Virus record (IMG/VR): IMGVR_UViG_3300023178_000006
DNA from: a virus
Lineage: Duplodnaviria; Caudoviricetes
Direction: 5' to 3' (one strand)
Length of the DNA: 64,000 nt
The translations under genes and the position numbers were made by a program. Shown one piece after another: positions 17,643 through 30,500 of the stretch; within the stretch, counting starts at the first letter, position 1; each line of letters opens with the position of its first letter. The notes under the pieces were generated by a model. It saw nothing but the letters and a program-made list of their open reading frames with translations, did no database searches and was not told the DNA's origin.

Positions 17643-20600
17643 ATGCCTATTAATACGAACCTAAACCAATCACCATATTTCGATGATTTCGATATCGAAA
17701 ATCAATATTATCGTGTGCTCTTTAAGCCTGGGTTCGCTGTACAGGCAAGGGAATTAACGCAATTACAATCTATGCTCCAAAATCAGGTGGAGCAATTCGG
17801 AGATAATATCTTTAAAGAAGGTAGTATCGTAAAAGGTTGTTCATTTACAAACTTAGATGATTTAAGATTTGTTAAGCTTATCGATGTCGTAGGATTTGAC
17901 CCAACTAGTTATATTAGTAGAAGAGTTATTGAAAACTCAGTACAAACAGGTGGACAAGATTTAGAACTTGATTATATTTACGAAGTTACTGGTGCAAACT
18001 CTGGGTTGAAAGCACAAATCATTTCAGCTGCAAGAGGTTTCGAAACAAGACCACCTGATTTAAATACTTTCTTTATTAACTATCTTGCACCTACTGACCC
18101 AGCAACTACAGATACAGAATTTAGAGCAGGTGAACCATTAACTGTTGTATTGAAGAAATACAAAGTCGGTGTCACCAATACAGTATTCGCAGAAGAGACA
18201 CAATCAATTCCTGGTTTAGCAGTAACATCTCTTTCAAACCATGTTGGTAAATCATTCGGTATTCAATCTTCGCCGGGTGTTGTTTTCCAAAAAGGACATT
18301 TCTTATTCGCTGCTGACCAAGTACTTGTTATTTCAAAATATAATAATTTACCTGATGGTGTTTCAGTAGGTTATTCTGTACAAGAAAAACAAGTTAACGC
18401 ACTACAAGACAACGATTTATATGACAACGCAAATGGTTCATCTAACGAGAATGCACCAGGCGCAGACAGACTTCAATTAATTCCAACACTTACAGTATTA
18501 CCAACAACTGATGCAAATACTGACTCAGCGTTCTTTACACTTATTCGATATCAAAACGGAAACGCTATTACACTAAGAGACGTTTCTCAATATAACGTAT
18601 TAGGTGAAGAACTTGCAAGACGTACTTTTGAAGAGTCTGGTAACTATGTACTGAAACAATTCCCAGTTGCTACAGATGATAGAGATGGAGATGTTAATGT
18701 ATTATTAGGAACAGGTACAGCATATGTTAAAGGATTTAGAGTTGAGAATTCTGGTGAAAGGTCGTTTGTAGTTGACCAAATCACACAAACAGAAGTTCAA
18801 AATAATAACTCAGTATCTTTTGATTATGGAAACTATGTAGATGTAACAGCATTCACTGGTACACTTGATATCGATTGGACTCCTGTAAATTTACAAGATA
18901 GTGGTGGTAGTAATATCGGTACAGCAATTGCGATTAACGCATCACCAACAAGAGTTTATTTAACTGCAGTTACATTCACGGGTTCAAATAAAGCTGCTGA
19001 CTTAGCGAGAATCAGTGATGGTTCTGGATTCTTAGAAGTAGGAAATAGATTACACGAAACAGCAAGAAAATCTTTATTGTTCGACACAGGAATGAAGAGT
19101 TTATTCGCTACATCAGATACACTACTTCCTGTAAGAGAAAAAATTGCAGCAACACATAATGCGAATGTTATTACATTAACAGCAAATCCTGGTGAAGACT
19201 TTGATGTTCAACAAGATGATATATTAGTTGTTGATGGTTCTAATACACAAATTCCAGTTACTGGTACATTAAAAACTTTAAACAATAGTCAACTTGACAT
19301 TTATTTAGATGCTTCTGCAAACTCAGCTACTAACGTCACACTCTATTATAATAAGAGATTAGTTGGTGCTGGTTCTAATGGTGTTGAACCATATAATAAG
19401 ACAGTTGCAGAACCTTATATTAAAGTTAACTTTACAAGTGCAACAACACAATATAGTTTAGGTTTCCCAGATGTATTTGATATTACAGAAGTAAAAGACG
19501 CTTCTGGTAATGATTTTACAAGTAGTTTCAAACTTGTTAATAACCAAAAAGATACTTATTACGATATTTCATACATGGAATATATTCAAGGAAGACCAGT
19601 TCCTGCAAATGGTGTATTAACCATTAAACTTAAGGTATTCCAATTAAGTACATCATCTGGAGAGTATTTCTTTACAATTAATAGTTATCCTAATTCATTA
19701 GATGCTTATGACATTCCAGTGTACGTATCTCAATCAGGCAACCGTTTTAATTTAAGAGAATGCTTTGACTTTAGACCTTATCTTAATAAAGACGCATCTG
19801 CAGACTATTCTGCAGTGACTGAAGGTGCGGCACCAACAATTACAACAGCGGTTGGAGCTCATTCACTTGATTGGAGCACTTATGGTCCTGCACTTATTCC
19901 TGCACGTTCAGCTAGTGCAACAACAGACATTGAATATTATTTAAGTAGAATCGATGTTATTGTCGCAGACTCTTATGGTGAAATTAGTTTAATTAAAGGT
20001 AAAGAAGAAAAATTACCAGCACCTCCTCGAGTTGAATCTGAAAAACTCGTTATTGCTGAAGTCACAGTTCCAGGATTCCCTGCATTAAGTTCAGCTGGTG
20101 CGAATACTGCGAAGAAGAGAGAATACGCAGTTAAAGCACGTTCAACAGGAATTAAAAACTATACCATGAAAGACCTTCACTCGTTAGAGAAGAAGATTGA
20201 TAACATGGCATATTATATTTCATTAAACCAATTAGAATCTGAAACTCAAAACTTATCAGTACTTGACGAAAATGGTTTAAACAGATTTAAAAATGGATTT
20301 ATTGTTGACCCATTCAATGATTTATCTTTAGCAGATATTCAAAATCCAAACTTTATGGCAGCGGTTCCATTTAATCAAAAGATTTTAACACCTGCTGTTA
20401 AAACTTATGCACTCGATTTAACATACAAAACAAGTAGTAATGCTTCAATTTTCCCATCGACATCTGAAGCAAAGGCTGGAACATTATCTCGAAATCAGAA
20501 CGTTGATATTATTAGTCAACCTTATGCTTCTGGTTTCCGTAATGCAGTAAGTAACTTCTACAAATATCAAGGTGATGGAATTATTTCTCCACCTTATGAT

Positions 20601-23024
20601 GCTGCATACGATACAACAACAAATCCAGTTACTATTGACATTGATATGTCAACAGCTTTCGAAGAATTTGTCGATAACATTCAAGAGTTTTTACCACTTA
20701 CTGACACAACTCAAACAGTTGAATTGCAAGAAGATAGATGGGGTTGGGGAAGAAGGTTTGGTGGAAGAGGACGTGGTGCTACTGAAGTTACAACAATCAC
20801 AACAAGAACAAGTGAAATTAGTGTAAATCAGGGTTCAACTCAAGAACAATTCGTAGGAGACTTTGTATCTAACTTCTCTATGAAACCATATATGGCAGGT
20901 AGAGATATTAAAGTTTATATGTCTGGTTTACGTCCAAATATACAACACTACTTCTTCTTTGATGGTGTTGATGTAAATGCTCATGTAATTCCTGGTTCAC
21001 CTGACGATTCTGCTGGTAACATTAAGCGTAATGGTAATAAAGGTGATGCAGTAACAACTGACGAAAATGGTGTACTCAGAGCGGTATTCTCATTACCACC
21101 TGAAACATTCTTTGTCGGTGATAGAGTATTAGAAATTGCTGATGTTAATTTATATAACAGTATTGAAAGTGGTTCTACATCAAGAGGTTTCGTAACTTAT
21201 AGAGCATATAACTTCGCAGTTGAGAAGACTGCTTTAACAACTTCAACACGACAACCTGATTTTGATATCAACACAACGACAACAACAAGAAACGTTGCAA
21301 GAAGACCAAGAGGTCGTGACCCAATCGCTCAAACATTCTTTATTAAGAAAGGTATGGGCCAAGGTTCAAACTCTGTTTACTTATCAGAAGTTGACGTATT
21401 CTTCAAACGTGTAAGTACAACCAACGGTGTATCATTACAAGTAAGAGAAGTTGTAAATGGTTATCCATCTAATCAGATTGTTCCATTCTCAGTAGTACAT
21501 AAGATTCCAACAGAATTAACAAGTGCTTCATCTGACGATGCTTCAGTCGCAACTACATTTGCTTTCGAAGCACCTGTAAGATTAGATGTAGAAAAAGAAT
21601 ATGCAATTGTAATTCAACCAGATGCATCTGACCCGAACTACTTAGTATACACTTCAAAAGTTGGTGGAACTGATTTAACACCAGGTGATACTCAAGGTGC
21701 TGCTATTGTACAAGACTGGGGTGATGGTGTTCTATTTAGTTCTACAAACAATAGTGCTTGGAAATCTTATCAAGACGAAGATATGAAGTTTACTTTACGT
21801 AGACACGACTTCAACCAAACAACAGGTAGTGTTACATTAACAAATAATGACCACGAATTCTTAACAGTTAATAACTTTAATGGAAGATTTAATTTAGGTG
21901 AAACAATTTACCAAGAGAAATCTTTACAAGGTTCAACTAGTGCGACAGTAAATGTACCTCTTAATTCTGCAACAATGACAGGTACAAACCTCGATGATAC
22001 TTACGCGGATAATGACTTTATTCTTATTTCGAATGCAGGTAATACTGAATCTGATATTTTCAAGGTTGTAAGTGTATTGAACTCAACAACAATTACACTC
22101 GATAAGCCAGCATCCTTCGCAGTATCTAATGGCACAGGAACACCAGTTGTTGTAGGAAGGTTATCTTATTACAATAAGAATAATCCTTACGAGATGCACT
22201 TAGAAGAGTCCTCAGTAAGGTCTTCAAACATATTCTCTCCTGGATTGCCTATCGTAGGACTTGATAGTGGTAAAACTGCAGACATCGTAAGTATCGATAA
22301 TATTAACTTCAGTTATGTTCAACCTCTTATTAATAGAGCAGTTGATTCAACATCGAAAACTTTACTTGGTGGAACTTTTGTACCACCTACAAATGTAAAC
22401 ACAACTTACACATTACCAATGGAATTCAATAATAATAATCACTTCAGTAAAGAAGGTGTGATTGTTTACAGTAAATCTAATGACCCAAATAGAAGTAAAG
22501 CTTTTGATTTAACTGTTGATTTCGATAATGGTAATAACACTACATCAACTCCTTTCTTAGATATTGAAACATCTAAGTTATTAGCATACACATACAAGAT
22601 TACAAATTCATCTGCGACAACTTCGAAATATATTTCTAAAATTATTGAACTTGCTCCAGATGCAGATGCTGAAGATTTACATTTAATAGTAACAGGATAT
22701 CGTCCAACGGGTTCTGATATTAAGTGTTATATTAAACCTCAAAATTCTTATGATAGTGATGTATTTGATTTAAATCCTTGGATTGAACTCGAACTCTTTG
22801 AAGGAAACGGAGTATTTTCAAGTAATTCAAATCTTAACGATTATAGAGAATTTAAGTTTAGAGTATCAGATGCAAACAAAGCAACCGGTGTATTAACATA
22901 TGCAAACGCACTTGGAACTAATTTTGATGGTTTCAGAAGGTTCGCAATTAAGATTGAAATGTTATCACCTAATGTATATAACGCTCCAACGCTAAGAGAT
23001 TATCGTGGAATTGCACTAACGTAG
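17643..23024 (+). CDS. VrlC/DUF4815-like large virion structural protein
   Basis: MPINTNLNQSPYFDDFD...YYRVLFKPGFAVQARELTQLQSMLQNQ, APGADRL, RFKNGFIVDPF, DPIAQTF and the C-terminal P.LRDYRGIAL. Confidence 0.85.
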   Translation: MPINTNLNQSPYFDDFDIENQYYRVLFKPGFAVQARELTQLQSMLQNQVEQFGDNIFKEGSIVKGCSFTNLDDLRFVKLIDVVGFDPTSYISRRVIENSVQTGGQDLELDYIYEVTGANSGLKAQIISAARGFETRPPDLNTFFINYLAPTDPATTDTEFRAGEPLTVVLKKYKVGVTNTVFAEETQSIPGLAVTSLSNHVGKSFGIQSSPGVVFQKGHFLFAADQVLVISKYNNLPDGVSVGYSVQEKQVNALQDNDLYDNANGSSNENAPGADRLQLIPTLTVLPTTDANTDSAFFTLIRYQNGNAITLRDVSQYNVLGEELARRTFEESGNYVLKQFPVATDDRDGDVNVLLGTGTAYVKGFRVENSGERSFVVDQITQTEVQNNNSVSFDYGNYVDVTAFTGTLDIDWTPVNLQDSGGSNIGTAIAINASPTRVYLTAVTFTGSNKAADLARISDGSGFLEVGNRLHETARKSLLFDTGMKSLFATSDTLLPVREKIAATHNANVITLTANPGEDFDVQQDDILVVDGSNTQIPVTGTLKTLNNSQLDIYLDASANSATNVTLYYNKRLVGAGSNGVEPYNKTVAEPYIKVNFTSATTQYSLGFPDVFDITEVKDASGNDFTSSFKLVNNQKDTYYDISYMEYIQGRPVPANGVLTIKLKVFQLSTSSGEYFFTINSYPNSLDAYDIPVYVSQSGNRFNLRECFDFRPYLNKDASADYSAVTEGAAPTITTAVGAHSLDWSTYGPALIPARSASATTDIEYYLSRIDVIVADSYGEISLIKGKEEKLPAPPRVESEKLVIAEVTVPGFPALSSAGANTAKKREYAVKARSTGIKNYTMKDLHSLEKKIDNMAYYISLNQLESETQNLSVLDENGLNRFKNGFIVDPFNDLSLADIQNPNFMAAVPFNQKILTPAVKTYALDLTYKTSSNASIFPSTSEAKAGTLSRNQNVDIISQPYASGFRNAVSNFYKYQGDGIISPPYDAAYDTTTNPVTIDIDMSTAFEEFVDNIQEFLPLTDTTQTVELQEDRWGWGRRFGGRGRGATEVTTITTRTSEISVNQGSTQEQFVGDFVSNFSMKPYMAGRDIKVYMSGLRPNIQHYFFFDGVDVNAHVIPGSPDDSAGNIKRNGNKGDAVTTDENGVLRAVFSLPPETFFVGDRVLEIADVNLYNSIESGSTSRGFVTYRAYNFAVEKTALTTSTRQPDFDINTTTTTRNVARRPRGRDPIAQTFFIKKGMGQGSNSVYLSEVDVFFKRVSTTNGVSLQVREVVNGYPSNQIVPFSVVHKIPTELTSASSDDASVATTFAFEAPVRLDVEKEYAIVIQPDASDPNYLVYTSKVGGTDLTPGDTQGAAIVQDWGDGVLFSSTNNSAWKSYQDEDMKFTLRRHDFNQTTGSVTLTNNDHEFLTVNNFNGRFNLGETIYQEKSLQGSTSATVNVPLNSATMTGTNLDDTYADNDFILISNAGNTESDIFKVVSVLNSTTITLDKPASFAVSNGTGTPVVVGRLSYYNKNNPYEMHLEESSVRSSNIFSPGLPIVGLDSGKTADIVSIDNINFSYVQPLINRAVDSTSKTLLGGTFVPPTNVNTTYTLPMEFNNNNHFSKEGVIVYSKSNDPNRSKAFDLTVDFDNGNNTTSTPFLDIETSKLLAYTYKITNSSATTSKYISKIIELAPDADAEDLHLIVTGYRPTGSDIKCYIKPQNSYDSDVFDLNPWIELELFEGNGVFSSNSNLNDYREFKFRVSDANKATGVLTYANALGTNFDGFRRFAIKIEMLSPNVYNAPTLRDYRGIALT

Positions 23025-23031
23025 GTGACTT

Positions 23032-23223
23032 ATGAGTGATATGAAAAGAGACAACATCGGCGCGGTAATAAACACAGACATCGAAGCTCTAAATAAATAT
23101 AAGGTAGAAAGAAGTTATTATCGTAAAGTAGATAAACTTCAAAACGATATTCTCGAGATTAAAAGAAGCATCATTACAATTTACGAAAAAATAGAGAAAT
23201 TGGAAACTAAAGACAATGGCTAA
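23032..23223 (+). CDS. Small coiled-coil protein
   Basis: 63 aa ORF tightly packed between the VrlC-like gene and the next gene (8-nt overlap), with a heptad-like C-terminus. Confidence 0.65.
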   Translation: MSDMKRDNIGAVINTDIEALNKYKVERSYYRKVDKLQNDILEIKRSIITIYEKIEKLETKDNG

Positions 23224-24526
23224 ACCAGCACTAAGTACAATTAATACATCACAGACTTTCCAAAACTGGTTTGATAAGACCAACGAGGTTGTTAATATCT
23301 TCAGAACTGATGCAATCACAGCTTCAGGAACTGGTGATACAACAACAGGTGATGCTACATTAATTGGTGATTTCACGTCAACCAATTTAATTGCAAGTAC
23401 TCTACTTCAATCTGATACAATTGCTTCACGTACGGGTGGCGCGACAATCAACTTTAATTCAGATATTAAAATCAATGGTGCTAGTCAAACAACAGCAGAA
23501 TTTAATTTTGGTTCAGGTGGACAAGTAAGATTTACAGACGGAAGTCTCGCATGGGATGTTGGATTAGAAAATTCAAATCCTGGCAACTTTATAATCGATA
23601 CAGGTACAGCACCTACTAAGTTTCAATTATCAACTGCAGGTACTTTATCAGTTCCAAATATTATTGTTGGTGAAGACCTGACTGTTGCAGCTGATGCTGA
23701 AGTAACAGGAACATTAACTGTAGGAACACTCTCAATTGGTGGAGGTGGTGCAGGTTTAAGTACCGATGATGTTTCTGAAGGTTCAACAAACAAATATTAC
23801 ACAGATGCTAGAGCAAGAGGTGCTTTCTCAGGTGGAGACGGAATCAACATCGCAAATGATGGAACAATTTCATTTGATGGAGATGGTGAACTTCAAACTT
23901 ATACAGGTAATGAGTTTATTCCTACAGGTTCTAAAACCGGAAGTGGGAGTACATTCGCTAGAGCTTATATAGATGGTGCAAATAATGTCGGTGTTGGATT
24001 TGGAAGATTAAGATGTGATTGGTCAGGTAATACTTACGATGTATTAACTTGGATGCCAGCAGGTATTGATGTAAATGGTTATGGTCGTTTTGAAGATGAC
24101 GTAAGAGTTACAGGTGGAGATGTTGTTGTAAGAAATAGCTCTAATGATATTGTTGCGTTTATGGACCAAAACGGCAATGGTCACTTTTCAGGTGACGTAA
24201 CAACATACGGTGCTACATCAGACGAAAGATTAAAAGAAAACATCGAGCCAATTGATAATGCTTTAGCAAAAGTTTTAGAGATTAACGGATACACATTTAA
24301 CTATAAAGACAATCCTGAGAAAAGATTACCTGGTGTGATTGCTCAGGAAATTGAAAAAGTTTTACCAGAAGTAGTATATAATGTTGATAATGTAAATGGT
24401 GATGAGGAAGAATATAAAGCGGTAAGATACGCACACGTTGTTCCATTGCTAATCGAGGCAATTAAAGAATTGACAGGAAAGGTAAATGATTTAGAAAATC
24501 GCTTAGCGAACGGCGATAATTCGTAA
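23216..24526 (+). CDS. Short tail fibre with C-terminal S74 intramolecular chaperone
   Basis: N-terminal TFQNWFDKTN motif; C-terminal SDERLKENI...NALAKV...GVIAQEIEKVLPEVV...KAVRYAHVVPLLIEAIKEL. Confidence 0.85.
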   Translation: MAKPALSTINTSQTFQNWFDKTNEVVNIFRTDAITASGTGDTTTGDATLIGDFTSTNLIASTLLQSDTIASRTGGATINFNSDIKINGASQTTAEFNFGSGGQVRFTDGSLAWDVGLENSNPGNFIIDTGTAPTKFQLSTAGTLSVPNIIVGEDLTVAADAEVTGTLTVGTLSIGGGGAGLSTDDVSEGSTNKYYTDARARGAFSGGDGINIANDGTISFDGDGELQTYTGNEFIPTGSKTGSGSTFARAYIDGANNVGVGFGRLRCDWSGNTYDVLTWMPAGIDVNGYGRFEDDVRVTGGDVVVRNSSNDIVAFMDQNGNGHFSGDVTTYGATSDERLKENIEPIDNALAKVLEINGYTFNYKDNPEKRLPGVIAQEIEKVLPEVVYNVDNVNGDEEEYKAVRYAHVVPLLIEAIKELTGKVNDLENRLANGDNS

Positions 24527-24533
24527 TTGGTCT

Positions 24534-24541
24534 TATAAATA
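24534..24541 (+). promoter_or_regulatory. T4-type late promoter TATAAATA
   Basis: Exact consensus, 25 nt upstream of the ATG at 24566. Confidence 0.8.
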
Positions 24542-24565
24542 AAAAGAAAAAGGGAAGACTAATCA

Positions 24566-27500
24566 ATGTCAAAAATTTCAGAACTAGGTTCAATTACAGG
24601 TGCTAATACCAGGTCGGAAGACCTGTTTGTTATTGTCAACCTTGTTCAAGGTGACGATGGTACCAAGAATATTACTCGTAAAGAATTAGTCGAAGCTATT
24701 CAATACGAGATTTTCTCAAGAATCACAATCACTGGAGGTACTATCTCCGGTGTTGTCATGTCAGACTCTAGACTTGATAATGTAATCATCGACAACTCAA
24801 ACATTGAAGATACTGATTTTGTTCGTGGTTCTATTGATGATACAGCAATTACAGACAGTACTGCTAATAACATCACACAATCATATTCAACTTTCCAATT
24901 AGGTACAATATTCGCAACTGTAGCGAATACAATGACAATTACCGATTCTGATTTCTCAGATGGTACTGCAAACAATGTCGTTATCACAAATTCTCAGTTC
25001 AATGAAGGTACTGGTAATAATGTAGTACTTACAAATTCAACCATTGATAATTCCACATTTATTAACGGTGATGTTAATAACTCTGTTATTGAAACATCCG
25101 AGTTTAATAATGGTACAATGGATACAGTTACTGGTGTTAATTTAGACATATCTAATTCAGATATTACAACATCAGATATCACAGATTCAACAGCTAACAA
25201 CTTAACGATTACAAGTTCTGAGTTTAACTCAGGAACAATGGACACTGTTACTGGTGTCGATATAACATTATCGAATTCTGAAATTAGTACAACTAATATT
25301 CAAACTTCTAATTTCTATGAAGGCAATATTAGTAACACGGTTATCGTAACATCAGAATTCAATGATGGTACATCTAATAATGTTGTTATAACAAATTCAC
25401 AGTTTAATGATGGCACAGGAAATAATGTCACATTAACAAATTCAACCATTGACGATTCTTTAATTCAAGATAGCACCATCGCTAATACCTCATTTACAGG
25501 TACAATGAGTGATGTAACAGCAGTCAATATGACAATCACAAGTTCATCTGCTGATGGATTAGGTGCTAATAATTCTACATTCGAAAATGGTACAGTTTCT
25601 TCTTCAACATTCTCAGGTGGAGTCATTGACCAATCAAAACTTGTCGACTTTGACATGGAACTTACCAAAGAGTTCGAACCACCTATTGATGATGAAAGTT
25701 ATTTCGCAATTCGAAATGAACAAACTGGTGAAACAGAACAAATTAACTTTGGTCAATTATTTGACGAAGTTTCTGCAAGAACAGCTCAAGCACTTAAAGT
25801 TCACGTTGACGCAGCTTCAGGAGACGATAAAAATCCGGGTACTCAATTAGCACCTGTTAGAACTCTTGAACGTGGTTGTGAACTTATGTTAGAAAAAGCG
25901 GGTGGTTCTTTTGACAGAAACGCATTGAACAACGCAGTTCATATGTCAGTTGGCCCAGGTGCTTATTATACAAAAGGTGAACTTGCAATTCCTGATGACT
26001 GTTCAGTAACTTCTACTGCAGGTCAGTATGCTACGGTTATTGAAGCACTTCCAGGTTATGAAAATAATAACTGTTGGTTAGTAGGTTCAGGTAACTATGT
26101 TCAAGGTTTCGGTTATCAAAACTGGAAGATTGACAACTTCGATTTCCCAGAAGGTGGATTCGCTATTGCTTACAGACCTGGTGCTAAGTTACTCCGTTCA
26201 CCATACATCAGAGACAGTTCTCAATTATCTAACTTTAACAGGGTAGATGTTGAACCACCTCTAAACCCATATAACACCAAAGGTACACTTGACGACTTAG
26301 GTAGAGAGTTTACATTAAGTAATGTTTCAAGTGTTTCTGGATTTGCGGTTGATGATGAGATTACATTCTCATCTGGTGCAGTTGGTTTCGTATCTTACGT
26401 TTCTGAACTTGCTTCTGATAATAAGATTCACGTAAGAAACTTAAAGAACAACAAAGGTTTTGCGGTTGGGGATACTATTACATCTGAATCTGGTGGTACT
26501 GCTACAATCGACGTAATTGGTATCGACGACTTCCCTAACAGATTAGTTGGAAGAGGTGGTGGATGTCTACTTGCAGATAGAAGAGTATTAGACCCAGATT
26601 CATTATATACTTACGTATTATGTTTCGGTTTCACACCTCGTTCTCAAAACGGTATGGGTTATGTTGCTAGGGATGGTGCTGGTGTAAACGGTATCGGTTC
26701 TCTATCCATCTTCGTACGATGCGCATTCTACGCATTGAACGGTGGACAAATGACATTGAACAACTCAGGTACTCAGTTCGGTGACATCTCAATGAGAGCT
26801 AAGGGTACAACTCAGTTCTTCGCACCTAAAGCAACCAATGCAACTATATTCGGTAACACAGTATTTGCTGACACTATTGAGAATGCTTATGACGATATCG
26901 TCGATGATATGGTTGACTATCTCACATCAAATACAGCGAACGGTGGATTAAATTACACAGGATACGATGCTGGTAAATGTGAAAGAGATACAAGAATTAT
27001 TGTTGATGGATTAGGTTATGACGTTGCATTAGATTCTAACTACTGGGGTAGATTAGCTGGTATTACATATCGTTCACCTATCTCACAAAAAGTTGTAGGT
27101 GACCAATTAGAACAAACAGTCGCAGCAAACGAATATTTACAAGACCAGATTGAAGGTATTTTCGAAGGCTCAACAAATATTATTAATAGAGCAAATACTT
27201 CAATGCAAGAACTCTTTAATGTTCTTCAATATGGTGAAGAAAACATGAACCCAATTACATGGGTTGACGACATTTATAATCCTGAAAGAACAGCAGCTAG
27301 AGAGTTAATACAAGACAACAGGTCATTTATTCAAGATGAATTAACAGATTGGATTGATAATAATGATGAGTTCTTCTCTTATGATAGTGTAGCATGTAGA
27401 AGAGATACAACTGATTATATTCTTCCAGCTGTTAAGTATGATATGTTATTGGGAACAAACTATAATGCAGTAACTGCGGGTAATGCTTATTACATGAATG

Positions 27501-30500
27501 CAGCTGCTAAAGTAGTTGATAAACAACGTAATGAAACAATTGCAGCATATCGTCATCTTAAAGATAAAACAAACGAACTCATCGATGCAAATACAGAAAT
27601 TGGTCACGTAAGAGCTGATGAAGCATTTGACGAAATCATCGGTCAATTAGAAGGTAATGGAATTAAGTTATTACCTGAACCTGCTTCTTATACACCTACA
27701 GATGCTTCTTATGACCACGTAAGTGGTTTAATGGAAGTTACCATAGGTGACCATGCATTTAAAGTTGGAGATGGTATCTTTATTAAAGAGAATGGAATGA
27801 CATTCTCATGTCCAGAAGATGGAACAGGAAATCCAATCAATATTTCACATCCACGTCCAAGTGACCCATTGTGGAATCAGAAATTTGATATTGTATCGAT
27901 AACACAAACAACTATAACGGTTGATGCAAAACCGGCAGGTGTCAATAAAGTACATACATTCGTAAGTGCATATAAGGACGCAATCCAAGCAGCTACTACA
28001 TACACATGGACACCGACAGGCGGAACATATGATGCAGCAACTGGTTATATGACGTTAACTCTTGGAAGTAAGCATGGTCTATCCAAAGGTGATAGAGTAT
28101 TCTTCAAACCAGAGAGTATAACATTCTCATGTGAAGGTGATGGTACAGTTACACAATTATCACACCCAAGACCACATGACCCAACATACAAAACACCAGT
28201 AGAGATTGACTCTGTCACATCTAATTCGATTACAGTGTTAGTTGGTCCTTCAGCTTATGTTGCACCACATACATTCGTATCAGCTGATGTTAACTCAGTT
28301 ATTTTAGCGAATTCTAAGATTTACTTCTCTGATGATACATCAATCACAGCAAGTAAGCGTAATGCTAGAATTCAATTACAAGAAAACAAAGAATTTATTC
28401 AAGACTTAATGCTTGGTTATATTGATTATAACTACTTTAGATATGATTCAGAAAAATGTGAGAGAGATGTTCTTAAACACATCTTACCTGCAGTTGAAAG
28501 AGATATTATTACAGGTTCAAACTATAATGCTAAACAAGCAGGTATAGCATACAGGTCTAAAACTTCTGCAGAAGATACTTGGTTAAATGAAAGACCAGAA
28601 ACCGTTGGTTCAATGACAGAGTTGAAGCAATTAGTTGCTAACAACACAATCACAGACCTTGGAAGTATTCATAGGTCAAATGAATCATTCAGACAATTAA
28701 TTGATATTACAAACAGTAATGGTAAATCATATACACCTGCAGCAGGAACAACTTATGACCCAACATCTGGTAAATTAGTATTATCAATTGGTGCTCATGA
28801 TTTCGAACCTGGTCAAAACATCGTACTTGACGATGAGAGTGTTACATTTACATGCGCATTAGACGGTAATGCAACACAACATTCTTACCCAAGAAAAGGT
28901 GACCCTGCTTACAGAACACCAGTATTAATTAACAAAGTAACATCAACAACGATTGAAGTAAATGTTGGTGGATACGAAAATGGTACAGCACATACATTTG
29001 TATCAGCAACTGCTAACAGTGTTAAAGCATCTGATTACATTTCATCTTTCACACCTTCAACTGCTACATACGACCCAGCAACTGGAGTATTTGAAGCAAC
29101 AATAGGTAATCACTCATTTGAAGTAGGTGATTATGTTGAGTTGAAACCTGAAAGTATCGTATTTACATGTGCACAAGATTCAAATACAGTTGAGCATGCT
29201 TATCCAGCAACTCACCACCCTGCATATAAAACTCCAGTTAAATTAACAGGAGTAACTGCGACAACAATCACAATGAATGTTGGTGTAGGTTCTGGTGGTG
29301 CTCATACATTCGTTAGAGCTGACGTTGGTGCTATCGAGGGTGACCCAATTATTTGGACTGACCCATCTAAGTACTTAAAATATTATACACCAACAACTGC
29401 AACATACAACCCAGGAACTGGTGAAAGTGTAGTTACAATTCCAGGCCACGACTTATTAGTTGATGACTTTATCGAATTCGCACCTTACAGTTTCACATTT
29501 ACATGTTCTCAAGATGGAGATGCTACTGAACATTCATATCCAAGAAAAGGAGATGGTAACTTCAATACACCAATGCAAATTACTGCAGTGAATGGTGATG
29601 ATATTACTGTCGATGTTGGAGCAGGTTCAGGTGGTACACATACATTTGTAAGAGTTTCAAACGAAGCGGTTGCTAAGGTTACAACAAATTCAGACGGATT
29701 CTATGCCGCTCAACAATTACAAGCTAACCGTAATATGATTCAAGATGAAGTAATGGCTTATCTTGATAATAATTACTTTGTATTCGATGGTGCTAAATGT
29801 TCAAGAGATACAGGATTTATTTTAGATGCTGTAAGACGTGACGTTGCAACAGGTGCAAACTATAATGCGGTATTCAATGGATTAGGATACAGAATCGGTA
29901 CTGTCGGTGCTAACAAAGTTATTAATGACCAATTACCACAAACAACTGGTTCAATCAATTATCTTAAATCAGAAATTGCAGCTGAACTTTCTGGTAACTC
30001 ATTAGCAAGAGCAAACGCAGCATTTGACGAAATTATAGACATTATCACTAACGGTTCTGCAAATGCAAACACACTAGCATTTGGTGCTAATGGTGTAAGT
30101 GCTCAAACAATCGAAGCAAGGAATGCATTACAAAATAACAGAGCATTTATCCAAGCTGAAATTACAGCTTATATTGCTCAAGAATTCCCTAACTTAAATT
30201 ACGATGTTGCTGATTGTGAAAGAGATACAGGTTATCTAGTTGATGCATTATCTTGGGATATTCAACACGGTTCTAACTCGGCTTCTATCAACTTTGCAAG
30301 ATTATACTTTGAAAATGCGATTGCAGTTCTACCTGGTGACCAAAAGATACCAACAGCGAAAGCATGGCAACATATTGCTGATGTAGCATATCAAGTTGTA
30401 AGAGACCAAGCAGTCACACCTACATCTGGAAATGCTGCTTCTCAAGACCAATCATTAACTGATGTTGGAATCGCCATTGCAAATGATGTTAAAGACTTAG

